DNA from: Gemmatimonadota bacterium
Lineage (GTDB): Bacteria; Gemmatimonadota; Gemmatimonadetes; Gemmatimonadales; GWC2-71-9
Length of the DNA: 64,000 bases
Direction of reading: 5' to 3'
Assembly: GCA_009692115.1 (NCBI GenBank)
Contig: SHZU01000004.1
Coordinates: forward strand, 138,275 to 202,274
Position 1 is the stretch's first letter. Each line of letters opens with the position of its first letter. A program made the position numbers and the translations under genes. Below, in pieces: positions 46,751 to 55,875 of the stretch. Below the pieces are notes generated by a model. The model saw only the letters and a program-made list of their open reading frames with translations. It ran no database searches and had not been told where the DNA came from.

Positions 46751-47892
46751 CTACTGGAACTCGAGGTCCCGGGCAAAGTCGGCGGGGCTGGTGGCGGCGG
46801 AGAGTGCCACGGCCTCGGAGATGGTTCCGTTCCGGTAGAGTTCCATCAGGTGTTGGTCGAAGGTCTGCATGCCGTATTGGGTTCGGCCGCTGGCGATCAG
46901 GTCTTTGATTTCGTTGGTCCGATCGGCGTCCGCGATGTACTCCTGGACCGCGCCGGTGTGGTGCATGATTTCGACGGCGGCCACCCGACCTTTGCCGTCC
47001 TTGTGGGGCAGCAGCCGCTGGGACACCACGGCCCGGAGGGTTTCGCTCAGCCGGTAACGAATTGACTGCTGTTCGGCCGGCTCGAACACACTCACGAGCC
47101 GCGAAATGGTCTTGATGGCGTCGGTCGTGTGGGCCGTGCTGAACACCAAGTGGCCGGTTTCGGCCGCTTTCATTGCGATATCGATGGTCTCCTGATCGCG
47201 CATTTCGCCGAGCATGATGATGTCGGGGTCTTGGCGGAGGGCCGCGCAGAGGGCGCTCGAGAAACTCTCGGTGTCCCCGCCGAGCTCGCGTTGAATGACC
47301 ACCGACTTGTGGTCTTTGGGGAGGAACTCGATCGGGTCTTCGATCGTGACGATCTTCGCGGAGCGCTACTGATTGAGGAACGATACCATCGCCGCGAGGG
47401 TCGATGATTTGCCGCTCCCGGTCACCCCGATAACCAGCATCAGTCCCCGGTCTTCCATCGCAATGTCGCGGACCACGGCCGGGAGGCCGAGTTGCTCGAA
47501 GTCAGGAACCGTGACTGGAATGGCTCGAAGCACCAGGGCGATCGGTCCCCGCTGGCTACACAGGTTGACCCGGAACCGTCCCAATCCGGGCTGAGAGTAC
47601 GAACAGTCGATATCCCGAAGGCCCGCGAGGGTGGCGGCCAGGGTGGCCGGGGTGGCTTTTTCGCGGCCGTGAGGATTTCTGCCGCGATTTCGGCCGTATG
47701 TTCGGGCTTGAGGTTCGGCATCCCCGCCACCGAGGCCATTTGACCACGGATCCGGAGCCTAAACGGACCTCCCGCTGAGGCATGGACGTCGGAAGCGTTG
47801 AGCTCGGTGGCGCGTTTGAGCACCGCGAAGAACGTGGCGATAATCGGTGGGCGGGTGGTCGCCGGGGCGGTCGGTTCGAGGGTGGTCGTCAT
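46751..47892 (-). pseudogene. pilT: type IV pilus retraction ATPase PilT/PilU, disrupted by one frameshift and one in-frame TAG
   Basis: The N-terminal frame reads MTTTLEP...ELNASDVHASAGGPFRLRIRG...AEILTAAKK. A shift at an A5 run (T5 on +, 47657-47661) leads to ...ATPATLAATLAGLRDIDCSYSQPGLGRFRVNL...GVTGSGKSSTLAAMVSFLNQ. An in-frame TAG follows (47368-47366), then RSAKIVTIEDPIEFLPKDHKSVVIQRELGGDTESF...DPDIIMLGEMRD...VFSTAHT. Confidence 0.8.
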
Positions 47893-47937
47893 GTCAGAGT
47901 CTTCCAAGGCAGGAACCGTGCCTTGGCGGGGCTCGGC

Positions 47938-48723
47938 CTAGCCAGGCTGGTCGATCCCGGCGTCGATCCGAACCCGGCCGGCCTGACGGTTGGCGTCGAA
48001 GATCTGATCGTTGCGGCCACTTGGGGGCCGGGGCGACAGGGGATGGTCGAGGTGGAACACCAGACCGCCGAACCGGAGCCGGCGTTTGACGACGCCGGCG
48101 TTGATTAACCGCTGGGCCAGATCGTTGTCTTCGCCCCCCCAGCCCTCGAATCGTTCATCGAAGCCGTTGACACGAATCGCGTCGGCACGCCATAACGCCA
48201 GATTGTGGCCCTGGACCCCTCGGGTTCGCCAATCGAAAAGCGCTCGGAGCAGGAGTGGTTGCCGAAAGGCCGCGGCCGGCCGAGTTAGGCGGGAGTCCCA
48301 CCACCCGGGCAACCGGCCGCCCGCGAGAACCTCGGCCGCTTGCTCGGCTGAAAGAAAGGTGCGAGATCCGCGGGCAAAGGCATTGGGCCGGGCGGCCGCC
48401 AGAAAATCTCTGACAAAGTGATGGTGGAGGACGCAATCACCGTCCACGTGGATCAGGTAGTCGGCGGAGGCCTTCGCCATGGCGCGATTCCGAATCCTGG
48501 CTAACCGAAAGCCTTGATTCTCTTGCCAGACGTGGTGGACGGGGACGGGAAACGCAGTCGATGCTTGGGTGACGACGGCCTTCGTTTCCGGCCCCGAGCC
48601 GTCATCGGCGACGATCACTTCGGCCGGCGACGATGATTGCCGGCGAACGCTGGCGAGCACCACGGCCAGCGCTTCCGGCCAATTGTACGTCGCGATGATT
48701 AGGGAAACAGTCGGCTTCGGCAC
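47938..48723 (-). CDS. family 2 glycosyltransferase
   Basis: GTG 48723 (VPKPTVSLIIATYNWPEAL...). Motifs VIVADDGSGPET, HVDGDCV and FEGWGGEDNDLAQRL. The track ORF continues upstream to 49578, but that part is antisense to the ABC transporter. Confidence 0.8.
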   Translation of the reverse strand: MPKPTVSLIIATYNWPEALAVVLASVRRQSSSPAEVIVADDGSGPETKAVVTQASTAFPVPVHHVWQENQGFRLARIRNRAMAKASADYLIHVDGDCVLHHHFVRDFLAAARPNAFARGSRTFLSAEQAAEVLAGGRLPGWWDSRLTRPAAAFRQPLLLRALFDWRTRGVQGHNLALWRADAIRVNGFDERFEGWGGEDNDLAQRLINAGVVKRRLRFGGLVFHLDHPLSPRPPSGRNDQIFDANRQAGRVRIDAGIDQPG

Positions 48724-48816
48724 GGTGCGAATGTAAGTGAATCGCCGAGCCGGGAGGAGAGGATCGGGCCCGCGGTTGTTGGGATTTGGGGTCCGATCCG
48801 AGTAGGTTCTCCCCGC

Positions 48817-50649
48817 ATGCCACCTGCGGGGCGGGGTACCGAACGCCGGCTGATCGCCTTCATGGCGCCGTATTGGGGCCGGTTTGCCCTCTCCACCTCG
48901 ACCGGCGTGTTGGCGGCCGGCCTCGACGGGTTGACGGTGGTCCTGTTGATCCCCTTGCTCAAGTTGCTCTTCGGTCCTGCCGCCACGTTGACGCCATCCA
49001 CGACTCAGCTCGAGGCCACGCTGGAGCGGGTGCTGGCGCCGGTGGTCGGTGGCGATCCGACCACGGCGGCGATCCGGATCATCGGGATCCTGGTGCTCGG
49101 CCTCATCGTCAAGAATGGCCTCAGTCTGTTCGCCAAGCAGCAAAGCGCCAAGGTGGAAGAGGGCATCGTTCGGGATCTCCGGAACCGTCTCTATCATCAC
49201 CTGCTCAAACTCGACCTCGGTTTCTTCCAGCGAACCCGGGGCGGTGAGGTTGTCTCGACCCTGATTTCGGACACCGACGCGGCCAAGGCGATCGTGCCGA
49301 ACCTGCTGGCCGGCGCGCCACAGAACCTCGCGGCGGCGGGCCTGTCGCTCTATTTCCTCTCGCTGATGTCGGGACGGCTGACCCTGGTCATGCTGGTGAC
49401 CACGCCGATTCTGGTGCTCTTCATCCGGCTCCTGCTGGTGCCGGTGCGCCGGCATAGCCGGGGGTGGGCGGAGCAGCGCGGCGAATTGACCGCTTCGGCC
49501 ACCGAGCGTCTTGGGGCGCTCCGGCTGATCCGCGTGTATGGGCAAGAGGCCACTGAAGCCGCGGTCTTTGGCGGGCATACCGACCGGTACCGCAAACAGG
49601 TGATCCGGGCCCAGCGGTATTTGGCGCTCCCGTCGATGGTGAGCGAAATCTTCGGCGGGTTACTGCTGATCTTGGTCGTGGTTGCCGCGGCCACGCCGGC
49701 CATCGTGGGGCAGCCCCTCGGGGCGGCGGTGACTGTCACCTTTCTCGCGACGGCCCTCAAGGTCATGTCGACGATCAAGAGTCTGGCCCAGGTTCCCGGC
49801 GCTATCGCCGGGGCGGTGGCGGGGGCCGAGCGGGTGTTCCGGGTGCTCGATCTCCCCGCCACCGATGTCGATAGGCCGGGGGAGCAGCCGGCCTGTTTCG
49901 AGCATGAGTTGGTGTTCGACCGGGTGACCTTCCAGTATGGGGACGACGATCCGGTGCTGACCGAGGTGTCGTTTGCCGTGCCGAAGGGCTGGACCGTGGC
50001 GATCGTCGGCCCCTCGGGCGCGGGCAAAACCACTCTACTCGATCTGGTGCCCCGGCTCCGTGACCCGGTGGGCGGCGAAATCCGGATGGACGGTACGCCC
50101 CTGACGAGGCTGACCCGAACGTCGCTCCGGGCGCTGACCGGCGTCGTCAGCCAGGACACGGTGCTCCTCAACGACACGGTCGCGGCCAATATCGCCTATG
50201 GGCGTCCGGGCGCGAGCCAACCGGACATCGAGGCCGCGGCGACGGCCGCGAACGCGGCTGAGTTCATCAGGGGTTTGCCCGAGGGCTACGCCACGGTGTT
50301 AGGCGAGCGAGGGACCCGATTATCGGGCGGACAGCGGCAGCGGATCGCCATCGCCAGGGCCCTGCTTCGCGACCCGCCGATTCTGATTCTCGACGAAGCG
50401 ACGAGCGCGCTCGATTCGGCGTCGGAGCGCTTGGTTCAAGACGCGGTCGACCGGCTGATGCGGGATCGCACCGTTCTGGTCGTGGCGCACCGCCTGGCCA
50501 CGGTGCGGGATGCCGACCGGATCGTGGTCATGGATCAGGGTCGGGTCGTGGAGGTCGGAACCCACGAGGAACTCTTCGGGGCCGGCGGTCTGTACCGGCG
50601 GCTCTACGACCTCCAGTTCCGTGAGACGGCTGTGGCCAGCGGGGACTGA
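48817..50649 (+). CDS. ABC transporter, fused permease/ATPase (MsbA-like exporter)
   Basis: Six N-terminal TM helices. Walker A GPSGAGKTT, signature LSGGQRQRIAIARAL and Walker B ILILDEATSALD. Confidence 0.9.
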   Translation: MPPAGRGTERRLIAFMAPYWGRFALSTSTGVLAAGLDGLTVVLLIPLLKLLFGPAATLTPSTTQLEATLERVLAPVVGGDPTTAAIRIIGILVLGLIVKNGLSLFAKQQSAKVEEGIVRDLRNRLYHHLLKLDLGFFQRTRGGEVVSTLISDTDAAKAIVPNLLAGAPQNLAAAGLSLYFLSLMSGRLTLVMLVTTPILVLFIRLLLVPVRRHSRGWAEQRGELTASATERLGALRLIRVYGQEATEAAVFGGHTDRYRKQVIRAQRYLALPSMVSEIFGGLLLILVVVAAATPAIVGQPLGAAVTVTFLATALKVMSTIKSLAQVPGAIAGAVAGAERVFRVLDLPATDVDRPGEQPACFEHELVFDRVTFQYGDDDPVLTEVSFAVPKGWTVAIVGPSGAGKTTLLDLVPRLRDPVGGEIRMDGTPLTRLTRTSLRALTGVVSQDTVLLNDTVAANIAYGRPGASQPDIEAAATAANAAEFIRGLPEGYATVLGERGTRLSGGQRQRIAIARALLRDPPILILDEATSALDSASERLVQDAVDRLMRDRTVLVVAHRLATVRDADRIVVMDQGRVVEVGTHEELFGAGGLYRRLYDLQFRETAVASGD

Positions 50650-50651
50650 CG

Positions 50652-51500
50652 ATGGCGGCTGCCCAAAGGCGATTGGCCCTGATGACGGTCTTTCTGCCCC
50701 GTGAAGATCTGTTCTTTCTCGACGATACCACCTCGCCATCGGGTTCGGGCACGTCTTCCTCTACGACAGCCGCGGCAGCCGGTACCTCGACAACGGCAAC
50801 AGCCTCGAGATCACGGCTCGCAACAAACGGGGCGAGGAGGTCTATCGCCTGCTGGCCCACCTGGATGACGCGGCCGTTGCCCGGGAAGTCGATCGGTTGG
50901 TGTTGCCATTCGAACGGGGCGGCCTCGTCACCAGGATTTCGTGGCAACCGCGCGATGCCGAGGGGCGGATTACCTACGGGCAGGCGGCGGCGTTCCTGGA
51001 TTACGGGCGCCAGTTTCGGCGGGAAAGTGAGTGGACGTCGTTCACCGATCTCGATGAATTCGTCGTGCCGGTCCGGTACCCGGGTATGCCCGAAGTCCTC
51101 GACGAGCTTGCCCGGAGGAAGGTCACATATGTACGAATGCCGCAGCGGTGCTTTGCCTCGCGCTTCGACGACAACGGGCAACCCGTTCCAAGGGTCCTGA
51201 ATATCGCCAAGTGTTCAGACTGGGTGGCGCCCTCGTTCGGCCCCAAGGCCTGGATCAGAAACGACACCCTCCGGACCCGATGGTCCGGACGGTTCGACTC
51301 AACCCACTCGCCCGCGGCAAGCGGCCGGACGGGGGATCGGCTTTTGGAGCCCGAATTGCTCCGGTTCAACCACTACAAATTCAATCGGTGGGAGTTGGAT
51401 TGGGTGGCCACGAACCTCGGGCACCCGCTCATGCTCGATTGCGAAGACCGGGGCATGGAACGGTTTGCACCGGCAATGGCCGGGCTCGACCTCTGCTCAG
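50652..51500 (+). pseudogene. GT92/DUF23-like glycosyltransferase, frameshifted near its 5' end; 3' end undefined
   Basis: ATG 50652 opens MAAAQRRLALMTVFLPREDLFFL. The conserved body (RRYHLAIGFGHVFLYDS..., FTDLDEFVVP, LLRFNHYKF) is in the -1 frame from about 50702, and that frame has no start before 50897. It then runs without a stop to 52006, across the convergent GT2 gene. The end coordinate is approximate. Confidence 0.45.
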
Positions 51501-52348
51501 CTCGGAGACCGCCGCCGAAACCAATATCGGAAGGCCCCGCCCAACTCGGCGACGGTGTGAGGAATAGAACGGATGGCCGATCGAACCCAGGCCCTGAGAT
51601 AGGCCCGCCGAAGCCGCGGGTCGAGCAGGCATTTGGCGTAGTACGCGCCCCGGCCTCGGCTGTACTGATACCGGAGCCGTCGCTGGGCCGGCTCGGTCAG
51701 CCGATCGTGATCGTGCACCACTTTGGGCCGGGGATCGTACGCTCCGCGAAAGCCCGCCGCCGCCAGCCGCGCAATGACCTCGACATCTTCGGCCGGGAAG
51801 GCCGTCCCCGCCCCGAACTCCGGGTCGAATCCGCCAATCTGATCGAGCGCCACCCGGCGAATCGCCATGTTGGCGCCCGGAATCAGGCCCGCGGGGACGA
51901 ACCCTGGCGCGCCGACTTCGACCCGGTACGATCGAGTGACGGCGGCCACGCCCGCGTGGGCCGGTGTGGCGGGCAGGAGTTGCCCGCCGATGAACGAAAT
52001 GCCTGAGTCGGCGAAGCAGGCGCGAACGGCCGTCGGCAGGTCTTCGGCGGGATAGCAGTCGTCGTCGGTGAACAAGACAATGTTCCCGGTTGCCATCCGC
52101 CAGCCGACATTCCTGGCGGCGCCAAGTCCAACCCCGGCGGTTCGGGCCGCCTGAAACCGGCCCCGGAAACCCTCGGCGGCCCGCGCCATGATCTTTGGGG
52201 TATGATCGGTCGAGCCATCGTCGACCACGATCATGCCGAGGCCGGGGTCGTCGAAGAGTTTGGCCCAGTGCGCCAGCGTCCGGTCCAGTCCGGCGGCCCG
52301 GTCCCGGGTGCAGATCACGACGGCGATCTGGCCTAACGCCAGGTCCAT
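51497..52348 (-). CDS. family 2 glycosyltransferase
   Basis: IAVVICTRDRAAGL, MIVVDDGSTDHT, FTDDDCYP and GANMAIRR. Confidence 0.85.
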   Translation of the reverse strand: MDLALGQIAVVICTRDRAAGLDRTLAHWAKLFDDPGLGMIVVDDGSTDHTPKIMARAAEGFRGRFQAARTAGVGLGAARNVGWRMATGNIVLFTDDDCYPAEDLPTAVRACFADSGISFIGGQLLPATPAHAGVAAVTRSYRVEVGAPGFVPAGLIPGANMAIRRVALDQIGGFDPEFGAGTAFPAEDVEVIARLAAAGFRGAYDPRPKVVHDHDRLTEPAQRRLRYQYSRGRGAYYAKCLLDPRLRRAYLRAWVRSAIRSIPHTVAELGGAFRYWFRRRSPS

Positions 52349-52358
52349 GGGGTCGGCG

Positions 52359-54014
52359 TCAGTTCGATCGGCGGGTGGCCTGATCCCGCCGCACGGTCAG
52401 GCGCTTGCCCTTGACCTTGGTGGCCCGGAGCGCCGCCACCACCGGGTCGATCAGCTCTTCGGCGAGTTCCACCAACGAGAATTTGTCGGTAATCTCGATG
52501 GCCCCGATCCGCTTTGCCTCGATCTTGGCCTCATTGACAATGGCCCCGACCAGATCCGCCGGCCGCATGTTGTCCTTCCGCCCCGCCCCCACGTAGATCC
52601 GAGCCATCCCGGCTGATTTCTGCCGCCTCGGCTCCCCGCTGGTCTTGTCCCCAGCCGAGTGCCGAGTGCCGAGTGCCGAGTGCCGAGCCTCAGGTATCTC
52701 GGTGTCGTCCCCGGCCCCCGCCAGATGGGCCAAATGCACTGCCGCGGCCGCGATGTCCATCACATCGTACTCGCCGGCTAACTGCTCGACGACGACCCGA
52801 TAGCCATCGAGCTTCCCGGCCACCAGCGCCTCCCGGATCGACGCCCGGGTGATTTCGAGCTTCTTGGCCCGCACATCAAGCACCGTGGGCAGCTGGGCCA
52901 CGTCGATCTTCTGGCGCGTCAGCTGCTCGATGCTCCGGAGCATCCGGTGCTCTCGTGGTTCGGCGAGCGTGATCGCGACACCCTCACGCCCGGCCCGGCC
53001 GGTGCGACCGATTCGGTGGACGTAGGCGGCCGGTGATTCGGGCACGTTGAAATTGACGACGTGGGACAGTTGGTCGATGTCGAGTCCGCGGGCCGCGACG
53101 TCGGTGGCGATCAAAAGATCGACCGCGCCGCTCCGAGTCCGTTTCATGACCCGGTCGCGCTGGGCCTGAGTCATGCCGCCATGGAGCTGCTCGGCCCGGT
53201 ACCCGCGGCCTGCCAGGCTTTCGGTCAGGCTCTCGACTTCGGTCCGGGTCCGGCAGAACACCAGGGCCAGCGTGGGCGATTCGAGATCGAGCACCCGGCC
53301 GAGGGCGGCCACCTTGTGGGCGCGGGCCAGGATGTAGGCCGTCTGTCTCACCTTCGGCATCGACCCGGGTGCCGCGACTTCACGGGCTAGGAGAACCCGA
53401 AGCGGATCCTTGAGGTGGCGTTCGGCGATTTTCGCGATCCGTGGAGGCATCGTCGCGGAAAAGAGCGCGGTTTGGCGTTCCTTGGGTGCCGCGTCGAGAA
53501 TGCCCTCGATTTCCTCCGCGAAGCCCATATCGAGCATCTCGTCGCCCTCGTCGAGCACGATGGCGGTCAAGCCGCTCAAGTGGAGCGTGCCGCGTCGCAG
53601 GTGATCGAGGGCCCGGCCCGGGGTGGCCACCACGACGTGGACGCCTCGGCGGAGGACGCGGATCTGCTGATCGAACTCCTGGCCGCCATAGATCGGCACC
53701 GTCGTGGCATGGATGGCCCGCCCGTAGCGATGAAACGCCTCGGCCACCTGCATCGCGAGCTCGCGGGTTGGCACCAGTACCAGCACCGAGGGATGGCCCG
53801 GTTTGGGCGCACCGGCCGGCAACCGCTGCAGCAAGGGGAGTGCGAATGCGGCAGTCTTGCCGGTTCCGGTCGCCGCTTGGCCCAGGACATCCCGCCCGGC
53901 CAGCAGGGGCGGAATCGCTTCCCGTTGGATTGGGGTGGGTTCTTCATAGCCGAGCGTGGTCAGGGCCTGGACGAGGGCGGGTGTCAGACCGAGGCTAGCG
54001 AACGAGGTTTTCAT
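52359..54014 (-). CDS. DEAD-box RNA helicase with C-terminal DbpA-type RNA-binding domain
   Basis: Q-motif region GYEEPTPIQ, AATGTGKT, PTRELA, motif II reading DEGD (53552-53541), SAT, RGLDI and HRIGRTGRAG. A linker containing heptamer repeats is followed by ...ARIYVGAGRKDNMRPADLVGAI... Confidence 0.9.
   Translation of the reverse strand: MKTSFASLGLTPALVQALTTLGYEEPTPIQREAIPPLLAGRDVLGQAATGTGKTAAFALPLLQRLPAGAPKPGHPSVLVLVPTRELAMQVAEAFHRYGRAIHATTVPIYGGQEFDQQIRVLRRGVHVVVATPGRALDHLRRGTLHLSGLTAIVLDEGDEMLDMGFAEEIEGILDAAPKERQTALFSATMPPRIAKIAERHLKDPLRVLLAREVAAPGSMPKVRQTAYILARAHKVAALGRVLDLESPTLALVFCRTRTEVESLTESLAGRGYRAEQLHGGMTQAQRDRVMKRTRSGAVDLLIATDVAARGLDIDQLSHVVNFNVPESPAAYVHRIGRTGRAGREGVAITLAEPREHRMLRSIEQLTRQKIDVAQLPTVLDVRAKKLEITRASIREALVAGKLDGYRVVVEQLAGEYDVMDIAAAAVHLAHLAGAGDDTEIPEARHSALGTRHSAGDKTSGEPRRQKSAGMARIYVGAGRKDNMRPADLVGAIVNEAKIEAKRIGAIEITDKFSLVELAEELIDPVVAALRATKVKGKRLTVRRDQATRRSN
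52655..52689 (-). repeat. tandem heptanucleotide repeat, 5 units (+ strand: GCCGAGT x4, GCCGAGC), inside the helicase coding region
   Basis: Read directly. It is translated as ...EARHSALGTRHSAG... Confidence 0.9.
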
Positions 54015-55363
54015 GAATCCGATCGTTGGGACCGCCGCATCCAGACGAACGCGGGCACCCCGAGGATAACGAGTCCGACCCCCAGGAGGGACTCCTTCGG
54101 CTGCTGGGCCAGGGTCACGAGGACGACGCAGAGCGTGGCCAGGACGAAGATGGCGGGGACCCAGGGGTACCCCCAGGTTCGATAGGGGCGCGGGAGGTTA
54201 GGCTGGGTCCGCCGGAGCCAGAAGACCGCGGCCCCGGTCGCGATGTGGAACATCAGCGCCGAGAGGGTGGCGTAGGTGAACAGTTGCTGGTAGCTGCCGG
54301 ACAGCGCCAGGATGCTGGACCAGACGGCGAGCATCACGATGCTGACCGTGGGCGTGAGGTAACGCGGGTGGATCGTGGCCAATTGGCGGAAGAACACGCC
54401 GTCTTGGGCCATCGGCAGCGCGATCCTGGAAGCCCCCAACAGCGTCGAAGCGATGCACCCGAAGCACGAGACCAAGACCGTGGCGGCCAACAACCGCCCG
54501 GCGCCGGTACCGAGGAGCGCCGAGGCGGCGTCCTCGCCGATTCGGGCGGAGGCACCGATGGCCTGGATCGGGAGGGCCTGCAGGTAGACCCAGTTGACCA
54601 GGGCGTAGAGCGTGATCATGCCTAACGTTCCACCGACCATCCCCAGCGGCAAATTGCGTTCGGGGCGCCGAATCTCGCCGGCTGAGAACGTGGCCTGATA
54701 CCAGCCATCGAAACTCCCGAACACCCACACCATGGCCAGCACGAGGCTCGGGAGCAGATTCCCGGACGGGAGCGGCCCGGTCCAGTCGGGCGAGACCTTG
54801 GCGGGAACGACCAGGCCGACAATAATGAAGCCGGCCAAGGCTGCCACCTTGATCCCAGTGATGATCGTCTGGGTCCGGGCGCCTTCCTTGGCGCCGAAGT
54901 AGTTGATGGCCGATAAGACCAGGATCGCCGCCACTCCCGCCAGTTGGGCGGTGTTCGGTTCCCAGAGCCAGGGTCCGACCGGGACCGAGGCCAGCACGTG
55001 TTTGGACGAGAAGAAGGGAATGAAGACGCCCAGGTATTCTCCGAATGCCACCCCAATGTAGGCGGCCCCGCCCGACTGAATGGCCAAGAGGGAAATCCAG
55101 CCGAACAGAAAACTTGGGAGCGGCCCGAACGCCTGCTTGAGATATTGGTACTGCCCCCCGGCCTCGGGATACATCGTGCCGAGTTCGGCATAGGTCAGCG
55201 CGCCGGCAACACAAATCAGGCCGCCGACAACCCAGACCACCAGCACGAGGCTCGGATGGGGGACCGCCCGCGGGACGTAGGCGGCGGCCAGGAAGATGGC
55301 CGAGCCCATGATGGTACCGGCGGTGACCCCGATGACGTCGGAAAGACCGAGGACACGTGCCAA
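54011..55363 (-). CDS. APC-family amino acid permease
   Basis: 450 aa with 12 hydrophobic segments. N-terminal G.IMGSAIF and YAELGTMYPEAGGQYQYL are typical of APC transporters. Its stop overlaps the helicase ATG. Confidence 0.85.
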   Translation of the reverse strand: MARVLGLSDVIGVTAGTIMGSAIFLAAAYVPRAVPHPSLVLVVWVVGGLICVAGALTYAELGTMYPEAGGQYQYLKQAFGPLPSFLFGWISLLAIQSGGAAYIGVAFGEYLGVFIPFFSSKHVLASVPVGPWLWEPNTAQLAGVAAILVLSAINYFGAKEGARTQTIITGIKVAALAGFIIVGLVVPAKVSPDWTGPLPSGNLLPSLVLAMVWVFGSFDGWYQATFSAGEIRRPERNLPLGMVGGTLGMITLYALVNWVYLQALPIQAIGASARIGEDAASALLGTGAGRLLAATVLVSCFGCIASTLLGASRIALPMAQDGVFFRQLATIHPRYLTPTVSIVMLAVWSSILALSGSYQQLFTYATLSALMFHIATGAAVFWLRRTQPNLPRPYRTWGYPWVPAIFVLATLCVVLVTLAQQPKESLLGVGLVILGVPAFVWMRRSQRSDS

Positions 55364-55461
55364 CTTGGGATGGGTGGACGGGGTCGAAGGGGCGGGGATT
55401 GTAATTCCTAGGGTTTTGGGTTCGGTTTGAGGATACGACGGTTTTTGGAGGATGGTAAGTC

Positions 55462-55875
55462 ATGATTCGAAGTTTGCACCATGCCACCGCGACGGTCTCG
55501 GGCGCCCAGGCCGACCTCGACTTCTATGTCGGGCTGCTCGGCCTTCGTCTGGTCAAGAAGACCGTCAATTTCGACAACCACCACGTTTTTCACTTCTACT
55601 ACGGGGACGAACGGGGAACACCGGGGACGATCATGACCACGTTTCCCTATGCGGACATGGGGGTCCGGGTGGGCCGGAAAGGCTCGGGGCAAATCACGGC
55701 GACTGGGTTTTCGGTCCCGGCCGGCTCGCTCGGCGTGTGGCGGGCGCGGCTCGCCGAGCATCGGGTGGCCGTCACCGGCGAGGGAACCCGGTTCGGGGGG
55801 CCGTTCTTGGGCTTCGACGACCCGTCCTCGTTGGCCATCGAGTTGATCGAGTCCGGCGCCGGTGCGCCGGACTAG
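55462..55875 (+). CDS. VOC (glyoxalase/ring-cleaving dioxygenase) family protein, single-domain length
   Basis: IRSLHHATATVSGAQADLDFYVGLLGLRLVKKTVNFDNHHVFHFYYGDERGTPGTIMTTFP resembles the N-terminal module of two-domain MhqO-type dioxygenases. The ORF stops after 137 aa, abutting the convergent gene. Confidence 0.7.
   Translation: MIRSLHHATATVSGAQADLDFYVGLLGLRLVKKTVNFDNHHVFHFYYGDERGTPGTIMTTFPYADMGVRVGRKGSGQITATGFSVPAGSLGVWRARLAEHRVAVTGEGTRFGGPFLGFDDPSSLAIELIESGAGAPD

Noticed and set aside
47366-47368. In-frame TAG in pilT as a recoding event (pyrrolysine or programmed readthrough)
   Set aside because: There is no Pyl context. The same gene also carries a frameshift, so a nonsense mutation or pseudogene is the simpler reading.
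47938-49578. 546-aa minus-strand ORF
   Set aside because: Only the C-terminal 261 codons (from GTG 48723) look like a GT2 enzyme. The upstream 285 codons are Arg/Gly/Pro/His-rich and lie antisense to the well-supported ABC transporter gene.
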